Shown here piece by piece: positions 23,579 through 24,000 of a stretch of DNA of 24,000 nucleotides. The notes below the pieces were generated by a model. It saw only the letters and a program-made list of their open reading frames with translations, did not search any database and was not told where the DNA came from. This DNA is from Bacillota bacterium LX-D (GTDB taxonomy: Bacteria > Bacillota > DUOV01 > Zhaonellaceae): NCBI GenBank assembly GCA_031628995.1, contig JAVLUO010000010.1, forward strand, positions 35,003 to 59,002. Reading direction: 5' to 3'. How positions within the stretch are numbered: the stretch's first letter is position 1; every line of letters starts with the position of its first letter. The position numbers and the translations under genes are program-made.

Positions 23579-24000
23579 ATGTATTTCTTTGCTGATTATC
23601 ATATGCATACAAAGCACAGTGATGGGAGAGCGACTGTGGAGGAAATGATCCAAGCAGGGCGGGAAAAAGGCCTTGAGGAAATTGCCATTACGGATCATGG
23701 TCCCAAAAATATTGGAACAGGTGTCAAAAATCCGGAACAATACTTAAAGATCAAACAAGAGGTTAAAGAGTTAAACGCTCAATTTAAGGATATTAAAGTT
23801 TTTTGTGGTGCGGAAGCTGATCTAATTGATTTAGATGGAAGTATAGATATACCTAAGAAGATTTGCCGAGAACTGGATTTGCTGTTAGTAGGTCTTCATC
23901 CTTACGTTTGGCCCAAAAATTTTTCTGCTGCAGGAAAGTATGTCCTTGGGAATCAATTGGCTAAATATAGTTCTAAAGTCAAAAGCAAAGTTACTAACAA
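23579..24000 (+). CDS. PHP-domain phosphoesterase (histidinol-phosphatase-like family). N-terminal ~140 codons; continues past the window end.
   Basis: Not in the ORF track because it has no in-window stop. My translation: MYFFADYHMHTKHSDGRATVEEMIQAGREKGLEEIAITDHGPKNIG..VFCGAEADLID..LLLVGLHP.. It shows PHP motifs HxH, DH, E and H. AAGGAGG lies 7 nt upstream. Confidence 0.8.
   Translation, partial: MYFFADYHMHTKHSDGRATVEEMIQAGREKGLEEIAITDHGPKNIGTGVKNPEQYLKIKQEVKELNAQFKDIKVFCGAEADLIDLDGSIDIPKKICRELDLLLVGLHPYVWPKNFSAAGKYVLGNQLAKYSSKVKSKVTN

Noticed and set aside
21855-23740. ORFs 21855..22076 (-), 22089..22280 (+), 22232..22423 (+), 22944..23147 (-) and 23510..23740 (-).
   Set aside because: They overlap the uvrC end, the HAD gene and the PHP genes, out of frame or antisense. 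ORF 23510..23740 is antisense to the well-supported N-terminus of the second PHP protein.
1-24000. Scan for mobile elements, CRISPR arrays, tRNA or rRNA genes, defence systems and prophage genes.
   Set aside because: I found no transposase, integrase or recombinase-like ORFs. There are no arrays of regularly spaced repeats, no cloverleaf-like or rRNA-like segments, and no nuclease, ATPase or methylase gene sets typical of defence islands. The intergenic space is accounted for by riboswitches, promoters and terminators.

Overview
AT-rich window that looks like a low-GC Gram-positive anaerobe: GGAGG-type RBSs, a GSI-alpha glutamine synthetase and many rho-independent terminators. The species cannot be named from the sequence alone.

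Left half (1-12.25 kb, all minus strand): a co-directional cobamide lower-ligand cluster. In transcription order it reads cobalamin riboswitch 2, NCS1-family permease, cobS, cobT, bzaC, bzaD, bzaE, then a promoter plus cobalamin riboswitch 1, bzaA, bzaB, and purF. purF is partial, runs off the window start and is missing from the ORF track. This is the anaerobic 5,6-dimethylbenzimidazole (bza) pathway in a layout different from the bzaA-bzaB-cobT-bzaC-bzaD-bzaE order I recall.

Right half:
- KimA-like APC K+ transporter.
- glnA, preceded by a promoter, terminator and ANTAR-type hairpin leader, followed by an ANTAR protein with a degenerate receiver domain.
- A divergent small RHH/EXLDI-like protein.
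- uvrA, uvrC, a Cof-type HAD phosphatase and two PHP-domain phosphatases (the last is partial).

I saw no tRNA or rRNA genes, CRISPR arrays, transposases, integrases, or phage or defence genes. I do not see a clearly new multi-gene system.

Best leads for undescribed biology:
1. The B12-riboswitch-controlled NCS1 permease, a candidate benzimidazole-base transporter by analogy to ThiC and CytX.
2. A purF copy coupled to bzaB under B12 control.
3. The glnA attenuator plus pseudo-receiver ANTAR pair.
4. The unusually long expression platform of riboswitch 2.

All calls come from reading the sequence and recalling protein families. No searches were run.
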